Source of the DNA: Clostridia bacterium
GTDB lineage: Bacteria; Bacillota; Clostridia; Oscillospirales; Acutalibacteraceae
Assembly (NCBI GenBank): GCA_017555765.1
Contig: JAFZFT010000116.1
Location: forward strand, 2,038-66,037
DNA length: 64,000 nt
Direction of reading: 5' to 3'
Under the pieces are notes generated by a model, which saw only the letters and a program-made list of their open reading frames with translations, was not told the origin of the DNA and did no database searches. The translations under genes were made by a program, and so were the position numbers. This document shows, piece by piece, positions 18,410-27,450 of the stretch (its first letter is position 1; every line of letters begins with the position of its first letter).

Positions 18410-19663
18410 ATGGAACGGATTATTATCCACTCAGATATGAATTCCTGCTATGCTTCTATTGAGTGTAGTCTTAATCCTGAGCTTTGCGGAAAGCCGGTTG
18501 CTGTTGGCGGACGCAAGGAGGATAGACACGGTATAATTCTCGCTAAAAACGAGGAAGCTAAAAGGTACGGAGTAAAAACCGGTGAGGTTATCTGGCAGGC
18601 ACAAAGAAAATGTCCCGACCTTGTAATCGTTCCGCCGCATTTTGATATTTATATGAAGTACTCACGTCTGGCGTCGCAGATATATGCGGATTATTCGGAC
18701 AGAATTGAGCCTATGGGTCTTGATGAGGTCTGGTGTGACCTCACAGGCTATGCTAAAACCTATAAGGAAGCAAATGCTATGGCAGATGAAATACGGAGCA
18801 GATTTAAGGATGAACTCGGCATTACTGTTTCTATAGGTATTTCTTTCAACAAAATATTCGCGAAGCTTTGCAGTGATCTTGCAGGACGGGATGAGGTATA
18901 CACCGTAACTCCTGATAATTTTAAAGAAAAGATTTGGACACTTCCTGTATCCTCTATGATGGGTATTGGCAGAAAAACCGCAGTACAGCTAAAAAATTAC
19001 TGTATAAACACAATTGGTGACCTTGCTGCAAGTGATTCCGAGTGGTTGCGAAGTGTTTTCGGCGTTTGCGGACTTGATATGTACCGTAACGCAAACGGAC
19101 TTGATATGTCTTCTGTTGCCAAATACGGTGAATATCCCGAGGTTAAAAGTATAGGTCACGGAGTTACCTGTAAGGAAGACCTTACGGATAATGACCAGGT
19201 GTGGCGAGTTTTTCTTTCGCTTTCCCAGTTGGTTGCTAAGAAACTCAAGGCGGAGAAGATGATAGCCTCGGGAGTGCAGATAAGCATACGTGATAATCAG
19301 CTTGTTACAAAGCAGTTTCAGTGTGAAACACCTATTTCTACCCGCTCTGCTTTCGAAATCGCTACGGCGGCTTTCAGTCTTTTTGAAAAGCAGTACACAT
19401 GGAGAAATAACGTGAGAGCTTTGTCTGTACGGGCGATAAATCTTGAAGACGAGGATACTCCGTTACAGCTTGACCTCTATAACGATTACCGCAAGCATGA
19501 CAGACAGATGAAAATAGAGGATACAGTACTCGATTTAAGACGGCGCTTCGGTGAAAATGCTATAAAAAACTGCTGTCTGATGCTTGAGGATAAAATCCCC
19601 GGAGAAAGCGATAATAAGCCTACTCCTTTTATGCGTGATTTCAGAAAGGGCGAGAAAAAATAA
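18410..19663 (+). CDS. Y-family (translesion) DNA polymerase, UmuC/YqjW-like
   Basis: MERIIIHSDMNSCYASIECSLNPELCGKPVAVGG...GIILAKNEEAKRYGVKTG is the Y-family palm with a CYAS-type motif. It is followed by DEVWCDLTG and GISFNKIFAKL. The start is Met23 of the track ORF, after a GGAGGAGG RBS. Confidence 0.88.
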   Translation: MERIIIHSDMNSCYASIECSLNPELCGKPVAVGGRKEDRHGIILAKNEEAKRYGVKTGEVIWQAQRKCPDLVIVPPHFDIYMKYSRLASQIYADYSDRIEPMGLDEVWCDLTGYAKTYKEANAMADEIRSRFKDELGITVSIGISFNKIFAKLCSDLAGRDEVYTVTPDNFKEKIWTLPVSSMMGIGRKTAVQLKNYCINTIGDLAASDSEWLRSVFGVCGLDMYRNANGLDMSSVAKYGEYPEVKSIGHGVTCKEDLTDNDQVWRVFLSLSQLVAKKLKAEKMIASGVQISIRDNQLVTKQFQCETPISTRSAFEIATAAFSLFEKQYTWRNNVRALSVRAINLEDEDTPLQLDLYNDYRKHDRQMKIEDTVLDLRRRFGENAIKNCCLMLEDKIPGESDNKPTPFMRDFRKGEKK

Positions 19664-19683
19664 CTGTGTAAAGAGGTATAGAT

Positions 19684-19923
19684 ATGCAGAAAAGAAAAAT
19701 TTTTGTAGAGGTAATTATCCGAGTTGACGAAGAGGGAAATAACTATCCTGAGTGTATATTTTTCGAAAGAGAACGGAAATATTTTATAGATAAGGTTATT
19801 GACGTACGGCGCGCTTGCGCGACGAAAACGGGCGGTACCGCAATGAGATACACTGTAAGAATCGGTTCAAAAACAACCTATCTTTTTGAGGACGAGGGAA
19901 AGTGGTTTGTTGAAGCCTCTTGA
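19684..19923 (+). CDS. Hypothetical 79-aa protein linked to the Y-family polymerase
   Basis: An AAGAGG RBS lies 7 nt before the ATG. The ORF starts 20 nt after the polymerase stop with no intervening hairpin. The sequence ...RRACATKTGGTAMRYTVRIGSKTTYLFEDEGKWFVEAS matches no family I recognise. Confidence 0.55.
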   Translation: MQKRKIFVEVIIRVDEEGNNYPECIFFERERKYFIDKVIDVRRACATKTGGTAMRYTVRIGSKTTYLFEDEGKWFVEAS

Positions 19924-20028
19924 TTTTTTTTATAAAATAGTGTAGTATTGCAGTAGTTGTGCGAAAATATAGGATATTCTACTATATTTTGTGTTGAAAT
20001 CAAAAACTCAAGAAAGGAAACCGATAAA

Positions 20029-22008
20029 ATGGCTAAAAAAGCAGGTTATTCCGATAATGATATTGAAATGCTCGAGGGCGCTGACCGAGTAAGAAAAAGA
20101 CCGGCGGTTATTTTCGGTTCAAACGGTATCTCGGGCTGTGAGCATTCCGTATTTGAAATTCTTTCCAACTCCATCGACGAAGCAAGAGAGGGCTACGGTG
20201 ATAAAATTGTAGTTACCCGTTATTCCGACGGCTCCTATGAGATTCAGGACTTCGGACGCGGTATTCCTGTCGGCTACAATCAGAAATATGACAAGGAAAA
20301 CTGGGAAATCATATTCTGTGAGATGTACGGCGGCGGTAAATACAATACCAACTCAAGCGGCAGCTATGAATATTCTCTCGGTCTTAACGGTCTCGGTCTT
20401 TGCGCTACACAGTATGCAAGTGAATATATGGATGCCGAAATCAAAAAAGACGGCATGAAGTATAATCTTCACTTTGAAAAGGGTGTAAACATAGGCGGTC
20501 TTACAAGTGAGCCTTACGCAAGAAGAGATACAGGTACAAAAATCAGATGGAAGCCCGACCTTGAGGTTTTCACAGATATCAATATCTCTCTCGAATACTT
20601 TCAGAACATTATGCAGAAGCAGGCTATCGTAAATCCCAGAGTACGCTTCGAGCTTAAAAATCAGATCAAGGGTGGCTTTGAGACCTTTGAATATTTCTAT
20701 GAAAATGGTATCAGTGACTATGTAAAGGAAATCGCAGGCGAGGACAGTATTTCATCTGTTCAGTTCTGGAATACCGAAAGAAAGGGTAAGGACCGTGACG
20801 ATCTTCCCGAATACAAGGTAAGACTCAACGTTGCTCTTACCTTCTCTAATAAGAAGCAGCTCATCGAATACTACCACAACTCAAGCTTTCTTGAGTTCGG
20901 CGGCTCACCGGATAACGCCGTCAAGAGCGCTCTTGTTTCACAGATTGACTCATATCTCAAGCAGAGCGGCAAATACACAAAGAGCGACGCTAAAATCAAG
21001 TTCCAGGATATTGCCGACTGTCTTATCCTTGTTTCTTCATCCTTCTCCACAGAGACATCCTATCTCAATCAGACAAAAAAGGCTATCACCAACAAGTTCA
21101 TTCAGGAGGCAATGACAGAGTTCCTGCGACATCAGTTCGAGGTTTATTTCATAGAAAACAAGCTCGAGGCCGATAAGATTGCCGATCAGGTGCTTGTCAA
21201 TATGAGAAGCCGTGTCAGAGCTGAAAGCACAAGACAGAGCCTCAAGAAAACTCTTGCTTCTTCAAACGATATGGCAAACAGAGTTCAGAAGTTTGTTGAC
21301 TGCAGAAGCAAGGATGTTGACCAGAGAGAGCTTTTCATAGTGGAGGGTGATTCAGCATTGGGTGCCTGTAAGCAGGCGAGAGACTCGGAATTCCAGGCAA
21401 TTATCCCTGTCAGAGGTAAGATACTCAACTGTCTCAAGAGTGAATATGACAAGATTTTTAAGAGTGAAATCATCACTGATCTTCTCAAGGTTCTCGGTTG
21501 CGGTGTTGAGGTCAGCACGAAGAGCATGAAAAACCTTTCTACCTTCAGTCTTGATAATCTGCGTTGGAGCAAAATCATCATCTGTACTGACGCCGACGTT
21601 GACGGTTATCAGATCAGAACTCTTATTCTTACAATGATTTACCGCCTTGTGCCTACGCTTATCAGAGAGGGTAAGGTGTTCATCGCCGAATCACCTCTTT
21701 ATGAAATCACTAGCGGTAATGAAACCTGGTTCGCATATACCGAAAAGGAGAAGGCTGACGCTCTTGAAGCTATCGGTAACAAGAAGTATGTCATTCAGCG
21801 CTCAAAGGGTCTCGGTGAAAACGATGCGGATATGATGAATCTTACAACAATGAATCCCGCAACAAGAAGACTTATCAAAATTGACCCTGCAGAAGCTCAG
21901 GCTACCGCAGAGAAATTTGACCTTCTGCTCGGTGATAATCTTGCCGGCAGAAAGGATTATATCGCTAACTACGGTCATCTTTATATTGATATGACCGACG
22001 TGAGCTGA
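20029..22008 (+). CDS. parE: Type IIA topoisomerase subunit B (ParE/GyrB family, divergent)
   Basis: The ATPase N-box is FEILSNSIDEA, followed by QDFGRGIPV, a GLNGLG lid and the QTK loop. Toprim motifs are EGDSALG, PVRGKILNC and DADVDGYQI. The start is Met25 of the track ORF, after AAGGA. Confidence 0.8.
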   Translation: MAKKAGYSDNDIEMLEGADRVRKRPAVIFGSNGISGCEHSVFEILSNSIDEAREGYGDKIVVTRYSDGSYEIQDFGRGIPVGYNQKYDKENWEIIFCEMYGGGKYNTNSSGSYEYSLGLNGLGLCATQYASEYMDAEIKKDGMKYNLHFEKGVNIGGLTSEPYARRDTGTKIRWKPDLEVFTDINISLEYFQNIMQKQAIVNPRVRFELKNQIKGGFETFEYFYENGISDYVKEIAGEDSISSVQFWNTERKGKDRDDLPEYKVRLNVALTFSNKKQLIEYYHNSSFLEFGGSPDNAVKSALVSQIDSYLKQSGKYTKSDAKIKFQDIADCLILVSSSFSTETSYLNQTKKAITNKFIQEAMTEFLRHQFEVYFIENKLEADKIADQVLVNMRSRVRAESTRQSLKKTLASSNDMANRVQKFVDCRSKDVDQRELFIVEGDSALGACKQARDSEFQAIIPVRGKILNCLKSEYDKIFKSEIITDLLKVLGCGVEVSTKSMKNLSTFSLDNLRWSKIIICTDADVDGYQIRTLILTMIYRLVPTLIREGKVFIAESPLYEITSGNETWFAYTEKEKADALEAIGNKKYVIQRSKGLGENDADMMNLTTMNPATRRLIKIDPAEAQATAEKFDLLLGDNLAGRKDYIANYGHLYIDMTDVS

Positions 22009-22022
22009 GAGGAGGTAATACT

Positions 22023-24287
22023 TTGGCTAAAAAGAAATCAACCGATAAAAGCAGAAAGACCCAGGAAAAGGATCTTCTCAAAAATACCCATATTGCCAAT
22101 GCCGGTGAAATGATTGAGCAGAGAATTACCGATACTCTCGAAATCAACTATATGCCCTACGCTATGAGTGTTATTCTTTCCCGTGCCATTCCCGAAATTG
22201 ACGGCTTCAAGCCCTCACACAGAAAGCTCCTTTACACAATGTATAAGATGGGACTTCTTACAGGAGGACGCACAAAGTCTGCCAATATCGTCGGTCAGAC
22301 AATGCGTCTGAATCCTCACGGTGACGCCGCCATTTATGAAACAATGGTACGTCTTTCAAGAGGTAACGAGGCACTTCTTACTCCTTTTGTTGATTCAAAG
22401 GGTAACTTCGGTAAGGCTTATTCAAGAGATATGCACTATGCGGCTGCCCGTTACACCGAGGCAAAGCTTGAGGGTATCTGCTCCGAGCTTTTCGGTGAAA
22501 TTGATAAGGACACCGTTGATATGGTGGATAACTATGACAGTACAATGAAGGAGCCTTCACTTCTTCCTGTTACCTTCCCTTCGATTCTTGCCAATGTCAA
22601 CCTCGGTATTGCCGTTGGTATGGCAAGCTCAATCTGTTCCTTCAACCTTAAGGAGCTTTGCGAGACAACAATTGAGCTTATCAAGGATAAGGAGCATAAC
22701 TGCATTGATACAATGCCCTCACCCGATTTCGTAGGCGGCGGTACAATCCTTTGTAACCGTGACGAAATGGAGGAGATTTACCGTACGGGACGCGGAGGTA
22801 TAAAAATCCGTGCAAAATACAGCTACGATAAGGAATTCAACTGCATTGACATTACTGAAATTCCTCCCACAACAACTGCCGAAGCAATTATCGACAAGGT
22901 TATCGAGCGTGTAAAGGCAGGCTCAATCAAGGAAATTACCGACATCCGTGACGAAACTGACAAGAACGGTCTTAAGATTACAATCGATCTTAAGAGAGGT
23001 ACCGATGCCGATAAGCTCATGCAGAAGCTTTATAAGCTCACTCCGCTCGAGGATTCCTTCTCCTGTAACTTCAATATTCTCGTTGACGGCTATCCGAGAG
23101 TTATGGGCGTCAAGGATATTCTTATTGAATGGATTCGCTTCAGAGGCAGATGTGTATTCCGTCGTGTAAGCTTTGAGCTTAACAAGGCTAATGCAAGGCT
23201 TCATCTTCTCAGAGGTCTTGAAAAGATTCTTATGGATATTGACAAAGCTATTGCTATTATCCGTAACACCGATGAGGAAAGTGAAGTTATTCCCAACTTG
23301 ATGATAGGCTTCGGTATTGATGAAATCCAGGCTGAATATGTTGCTGAAATCAAGCTTCGTCACCTCAACCGTGAATACATTCTCAAGCGTCTTAAGGACA
23401 TTGAAAACCTCGAGGAAACCATCAAGGATATGAACGATATTCTTTCCTCTAAGGCAAGAGTGCGCAAGATTATCATCAGCGAGCTCAATGACGTTATCAA
23501 GAAATACGGCGTTGACAGAAAATGCGATATTCTTTACACAAGTGAAATTGAAGAGGCTGATGCCGAGGAGGAAATTCCCGATTATCCTGTTAATCTTTTC
23601 TTCACAAAGGAAGGATATTTCAAAAAGATTACTCCGCTTTCACTTCGTATGGGCGGTGAGCAGAAGCTCAAGGAAACCGACGAAATAATCCAGAGCTTTG
23701 AAACAACCAATAATAACGATCTTCTCTTCTTTACGGATAAGCATCAGGTTTATAAGGCAAGAGTTCACGATTTTGCAGACAGTAAGGCAAGTGTTCTCGG
23801 TGATTATATTCCCTCAAAGCTTGAAATGGAGGAGGGGGAGCAGACTCTCTTTATGGTTCTTACAAAGCAGTATGAGGGCTTTATGATGTTCTTCTTTGAA
23901 AACGGTAAGTGCGCAAAGGTAAGCCTTTCTTCCTACGCTACAAAGACCAACAGAAAGAAGCTCATCAAGGCTTACAGTGATAAATCTCCTCTTGTGGGTA
24001 TGGTTTATATGAAGGAAGAGGGTCAGGTTGTTCTTGAAACAACCGGCGGAAGATGTCTTATCGTTGACACTTCGGCTATTGCGACCAAGGCGATGAAGGA
24101 CACCCAGGGTGTTGCTTGTATGACAATCAAAAAGAATCAGAAGCTTTCAGTTGTCAGAGAGTATGTTGAGGGTGAATTTGTCAAGGATTCAAGATATAAA
24201 TCAAAGAGTCTTCCATCTGCCGGTGCAATACTTTCAAACGAAGACGTTATGAAAAGAAATAACGTTACCTTTGAGGGGTTTGAATAA
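22023..24287 (+). CDS. parC: Type IIA topoisomerase subunit A (ParC/GyrA family, short C-terminal domain, no GyrA box seen)
   Basis: It has a TTG start after a GAGGAGG RBS. Motifs are DGFKPSHRKLLY, NPHGDAAIYETMVRLS and the catalytic-Tyr block AAARYTEAKL. At 754 aa it has a beta-pinwheel-sized C-terminal domain. Confidence 0.8.
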   Translation: MAKKKSTDKSRKTQEKDLLKNTHIANAGEMIEQRITDTLEINYMPYAMSVILSRAIPEIDGFKPSHRKLLYTMYKMGLLTGGRTKSANIVGQTMRLNPHGDAAIYETMVRLSRGNEALLTPFVDSKGNFGKAYSRDMHYAAARYTEAKLEGICSELFGEIDKDTVDMVDNYDSTMKEPSLLPVTFPSILANVNLGIAVGMASSICSFNLKELCETTIELIKDKEHNCIDTMPSPDFVGGGTILCNRDEMEEIYRTGRGGIKIRAKYSYDKEFNCIDITEIPPTTTAEAIIDKVIERVKAGSIKEITDIRDETDKNGLKITIDLKRGTDADKLMQKLYKLTPLEDSFSCNFNILVDGYPRVMGVKDILIEWIRFRGRCVFRRVSFELNKANARLHLLRGLEKILMDIDKAIAIIRNTDEESEVIPNLMIGFGIDEIQAEYVAEIKLRHLNREYILKRLKDIENLEETIKDMNDILSSKARVRKIIISELNDVIKKYGVDRKCDILYTSEIEEADAEEEIPDYPVNLFFTKEGYFKKITPLSLRMGGEQKLKETDEIIQSFETTNNNDLLFFTDKHQVYKARVHDFADSKASVLGDYIPSKLEMEEGEQTLFMVLTKQYEGFMMFFFENGKCAKVSLSSYATKTNRKKLIKAYSDKSPLVGMVYMKEEGQVVLETTGGRCLIVDTSAIATKAMKDTQGVACMTIKKNQKLSVVREYVEGEFVKDSRYKSKSLPSAGAILSNEDVMKRNNVTFEGFE

Positions 24288-24295
24288 TTGATTAA

Positions 24296-24330
24296 ATCAG
24301 AGTGTACTCGGAGTACACTCTGATTTTTTA
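24296..24330 (+). terminator. Intrinsic terminator after the topoisomerase pair (overlaps the dpaB stop)
   Basis: The 13-bp stem ATCAGAGTGTACT / AGTACACTCTGAT is followed by TTTTTTAT. Confidence 0.85.
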
Positions 24331-24900
24331 TGATAATATCGGTTGTAGCTGTTTTCCGTCAAGTGCCGCCTCTATCGTATCGTTCAGCTTGTTGAAATCG
24401 CACACAATCGATGCAGGCTTTTCGACGGGATTATCTTGTCTGAGAGGGATAAAATAATGATGCTTATAATTCATAAGCTCACCGATATTTTTAGCAGTGA
24501 CGGTTAATGCATCGTTGGTAGAAACTCCTATTATAAGTGGTCTGCCGTTTCTGAGATGTGATTTTACTGCGAGTGTTACAGGGGAATCATATATACCGTT
24601 TTTCAGTTTTGAAATTGTTGTTCCCGTACATGGGAGTACGACCATAACATCGGTCATGTTTTTGGGGCCTAATGGTTCTGCGGCTGTTAATGTACGGATT
24701 ACAGTATTGTTTGTTATGCTTTCAATACGACGGATAAACTCTTCCGCCTTACCGAATCTGGTGTCTGTAGTGGCACAGTTATAAGACATTATCGGTAGCA
24801 CATTATGTCCGTTATTGATAAGTGCTTCAATCTGAAGTATTGACTGCTCGAGGGTACAAAAAGAGCCGGTGAGGGCATAGCCTATGTTGAGTTTGTTCAT
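24328..24900 (-). CDS. dpaB: Dipicolinate synthase subunit B (SpoVFB, flavoprotein)
   Basis: IGYALTGSFCTLEQ...LPIMS is the flavoprotein fold typical of SpoVFB. The gene is paired with dpaA. Confidence 0.85.
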   Translation of the reverse strand: MNKLNIGYALTGSFCTLEQSILQIEALINNGHNVLPIMSYNCATTDTRFGKAEEFIRRIESITNNTVIRTLTAAEPLGPKNMTDVMVVLPCTGTTISKLKNGIYDSPVTLAVKSHLRNGRPLIIGVSTNDALTVTAKNIGELMNYKHHYFIPLRQDNPVEKPASIVCDFNKLNDTIEAALDGKQLQPILS

Positions 24901-24912
24901 AAGCGTTTCTCC

Positions 24913-25740
24913 TTATATAAGATTTTCTGTTATTCTTGCAATTTTTTCGGCAGCGGAGTAAGGCGTGTACCTTCCGGGAAGTGAGCCGCCGTCAACGTAT
25001 TTAATTCCGCAGGCGACAAGTTGTTTTTTATCCGCACCGAAGGGAGAAGATGCAAGCTCAAAAAATACTGCATCAGGTTTGATTCTTTCAATGCACACAG
25101 TATCAAATACCTGTACGGGTACAGTGTTGAAAATAAGATCTGTATCAGCGATTTTTTCTTTAAGTGTATCGTATTTTATGCTGTCAAAACCGAGATACTT
25201 TGCCATATTAAGCTGAGTATCTTTCCTTGCACACACAGTTACATTCATATTAAGATTGTTCAGCGTAAGCGAAAGTGCTTTTCCTATTCTGCCAAAGCCT
25301 GTTATTAATACATTTCTTCGGGTGATATCCTTTTCTGTGTTGTCAAGTAGTAATTTTAGAGCTCCCTGAGTGGTAAGAAATGCATTGTATATAAGAAAAT
25401 CTTCATTGTTGTTAAAATCGTAATACACTATATTCTTTTGCTCCATCAGATTAACCATCTCTTTTGTAAATCCGCCGCCGAATAATATATGCTTTTCGGT
25501 AAGCGTATCTCCCAATGCTTCAAAACTCAGTATGAAATCTTTGTTGTTGCAATAAATGTGTTTGCCGTCTTTACTTACAGGTACAGGAAGCACAACGTAT
25601 CTTTTTTCTGAAATTACATCTTTTAATTTTTCTGTACTCTTATTTAAAATCTCACAGTTGTATCCGTCGTTTTGAAGTATGGTTAAAAGGTGCTCCTGCC
25701 GTTTGTCTCCACCGATAATTATCAGAGTTTCATTCTTCAT
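24913..25740 (-). CDS. dpaA: Dipicolinate synthase subunit A (SpoVFA)
   Basis: The dehydrogenase-like NAD fold is VLITGFGRIGKALS. The size, and the position directly upstream of dpaB, fit SpoVFA. Confidence 0.85.
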   Translation of the reverse strand: MKNETLIIIGGDKRQEHLLTILQNDGYNCEILNKSTEKLKDVISEKRYVVLPVPVSKDGKHIYCNNKDFILSFEALGDTLTEKHILFGGGFTKEMVNLMEQKNIVYYDFNNNEDFLIYNAFLTTQGALKLLLDNTEKDITRRNVLITGFGRIGKALSLTLNNLNMNVTVCARKDTQLNMAKYLGFDSIKYDTLKEKIADTDLIFNTVPVQVFDTVCIERIKPDAVFFELASSPFGADKKQLVACGIKYVDGGSLPGRYTPYSAAEKIARITENLI

Positions 25741-25879
25741 ATCGAGTAACCTCCGAGCTGATAAGAATTATACAGCATTATATTCAGTTAAATTTTTCTT
25801 GTTAATTTTCAATAAGGTGTTTACTAATTCGTCAAAATGAAATATAATATATTAGATAAATATAAAGCGAGGTACTATT

Positions 25880-27256
25880 ATGTACGAAATAGATGAACTT
25901 TTAAAAGAGAAAAAGAGAATACATTTTATCGGTATCGGTGGTAGCGGTATGTGTCCTCTTGCTGAAATTCTTCTCACATGGGGATATGAAATAACAGGTT
26001 CCGACAATAATACCGGTGATAATATTGATAAGCTTCGAGGACTCGGTGTTAAGGTTACACTTGGGCAGAAGCCTGAAAACCTTGAGGGTGCGGAAATTAT
26101 CGTTTACACTGCAGCAATACTTAAGGATAATCCGGAGCTTGTTGCAGCTAAGGCGAGCGGTATACCATGTTTTGAAAGAGCGAAGCTTTTCGGCGCTATT
26201 ACAAGAAAATATTCTGAATGTATCGGTGTTTTCGGTACTCACGGAAAAACAACTGTCACGTCAATGCTTACACAGATATTCGTAATGGCACAAAAGGACC
26301 CTACTGCAGTAATAGGCGGCAGACTTCCGCTTATTGACAGTCACGGTATTGCGGGTAAGAGTGAGCTTATGGTTTGTGAGGCTTGCGAATACGGAGCACA
26401 TTTCCTTGATCTTGCTCCCAATGTCGCTCTTATACTTAATGTGGATGAAGATCATCTTGAATTTTTCGGAAATCTTGATAATATTATCAAGTGCTTCAGG
26501 GATTTCTCTCTTCTCACTACAAGTACCATAATTTATAACGGTGATGATGAAAACACTGTAAGAACCGTTGAAGGCGTTGAACGCAAAAAGATTACCTTCG
26601 GTATGAAAAACACCAACGATTATTACGCTGAAAACATCACCTACAACAGAGGTGCTTTTGCTGAGTTTGATATCATGAGCAAGGGCGAGAAGCTTATAAG
26701 AGTAGCTCTTAAAATCCCCGGTGTGCATAATATTGTCAATACTCTTGGCGCTTTTGCTGCCGCAATCAATGCGGGTTGTACTCCCGAGGAATGTAAAACA
26801 GGCATTGAAGCATTCTCAGGTGCAGGCAGACGCTTTGAGATACTTGCTGAAATCAACGGTATAACAATTGCTGATGACTATGCGCACCATCCCGAAGAAC
26901 TTCGTGTTATGCTCGAATCTGTTATGAAGATGGGTTACAACACTGTATGGGCAGTGTTCCAACCCTTTACCTACTCACGAACAAAGATATTGTTTGATGA
27001 TTTTGTTAAAGTTCTTCAGATTCCCGATAAGTGTGTTATGACAGAGATTATGGGCTCACGTGAAGTCAACACTTATGGAATTTACACTAAGGATTTAGCG
27101 GACAAGATTCCCGGTAGCGTATGGTTTAATACATTCGAAGAGATTTCTGATTATGTACTTTCTCACGCAAAAAGTGGTGACATCATCCTCACTATGGGTT
27201 GCGGAGATATCTATAAGGCCGCAAAGATAATGGTAAATAAGCTCAAAGAAAACTAA
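25880..27256 (+). CDS. murC: UDP-N-acetylmuramate--L-alanine ligase
   Basis: Supporting blocks are IHFIGIGGSGMCPLAEILLTWGYEITGSD, the P-loop GTHGKTTVTSM and DDYAHHPEE. Confidence 0.93.
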   Translation: MYEIDELLKEKKRIHFIGIGGSGMCPLAEILLTWGYEITGSDNNTGDNIDKLRGLGVKVTLGQKPENLEGAEIIVYTAAILKDNPELVAAKASGIPCFERAKLFGAITRKYSECIGVFGTHGKTTVTSMLTQIFVMAQKDPTAVIGGRLPLIDSHGIAGKSELMVCEACEYGAHFLDLAPNVALILNVDEDHLEFFGNLDNIIKCFRDFSLLTTSTIIYNGDDENTVRTVEGVERKKITFGMKNTNDYYAENITYNRGAFAEFDIMSKGEKLIRVALKIPGVHNIVNTLGAFAAAINAGCTPEECKTGIEAFSGAGRRFEILAEINGITIADDYAHHPEELRVMLESVMKMGYNTVWAVFQPFTYSRTKILFDDFVKVLQIPDKCVMTEIMGSREVNTYGIYTKDLADKIPGSVWFNTFEEISDYVLSHAKSGDIILTMGCGDIYKAAKIMVNKLKEN

Positions 27257-27378
27257 ATTTTTCCTTTGAATATTAAAAGCATAACAACACATAATATAAT
27301 CACGCGGATAAGTCTTGAGCGTTTGTGACTTCTCCGCCACGATTGATGCGGAGAAGTCCCGCTCAACCGTATAGATTA

Positions 27379-27408
27379 CCCGTCGGATAATAATCCGGCG
27401 GGATTTTT
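27379..27408 (+). terminator. Probable murC terminator (about 120 nt after the stop)
   Basis: The hairpin is CCCGTCGGA-taataa-TCCGGCGGG (9-bp arms with one central T/G mismatch) followed by ATTTTT. Confidence 0.6.
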
Positions 27409-27413
27409 CATGC

Positions 27414-27443
27414 AAAAAAAGTCGGCTCATTGCTGAACCGACT
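27414..27443 (-). terminator. Terminator of the thyX-like gene
   Basis: The hairpin AGTCGG-12 nt-CCGACT is followed on the minus strand by T7. Confidence 0.6.
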
Positions 27444-27450
27444 TTGATGT

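Noticed and set aside
19957-20028. Several track ORFs have N-terminal extensions. They start at 19957 (parE), 18344 (polymerase), 34228 (U32), 45928 (miaA), 39373 (miaB), 37491 (murB), 31658 (DJ-1), 6037 (DUF3021), 5370 (acyltransferase) and 4299 (sleB).
   Set aside because: The extensions overlap upstream genes, promoters or terminators and lack RBSs. Internal Met, TTG or GTG codons preceded by SD sequences give N-termini that match the family consensus.
27095-27430. A 111-aa minus-strand ORF spans the murC 3' end and the intergenic hairpins.
   Set aside because: It overlaps the murC coding sequence and crosses both terminator hairpins. It has no RBS, and its 'protein' is an artefact of the palindromic sequence.
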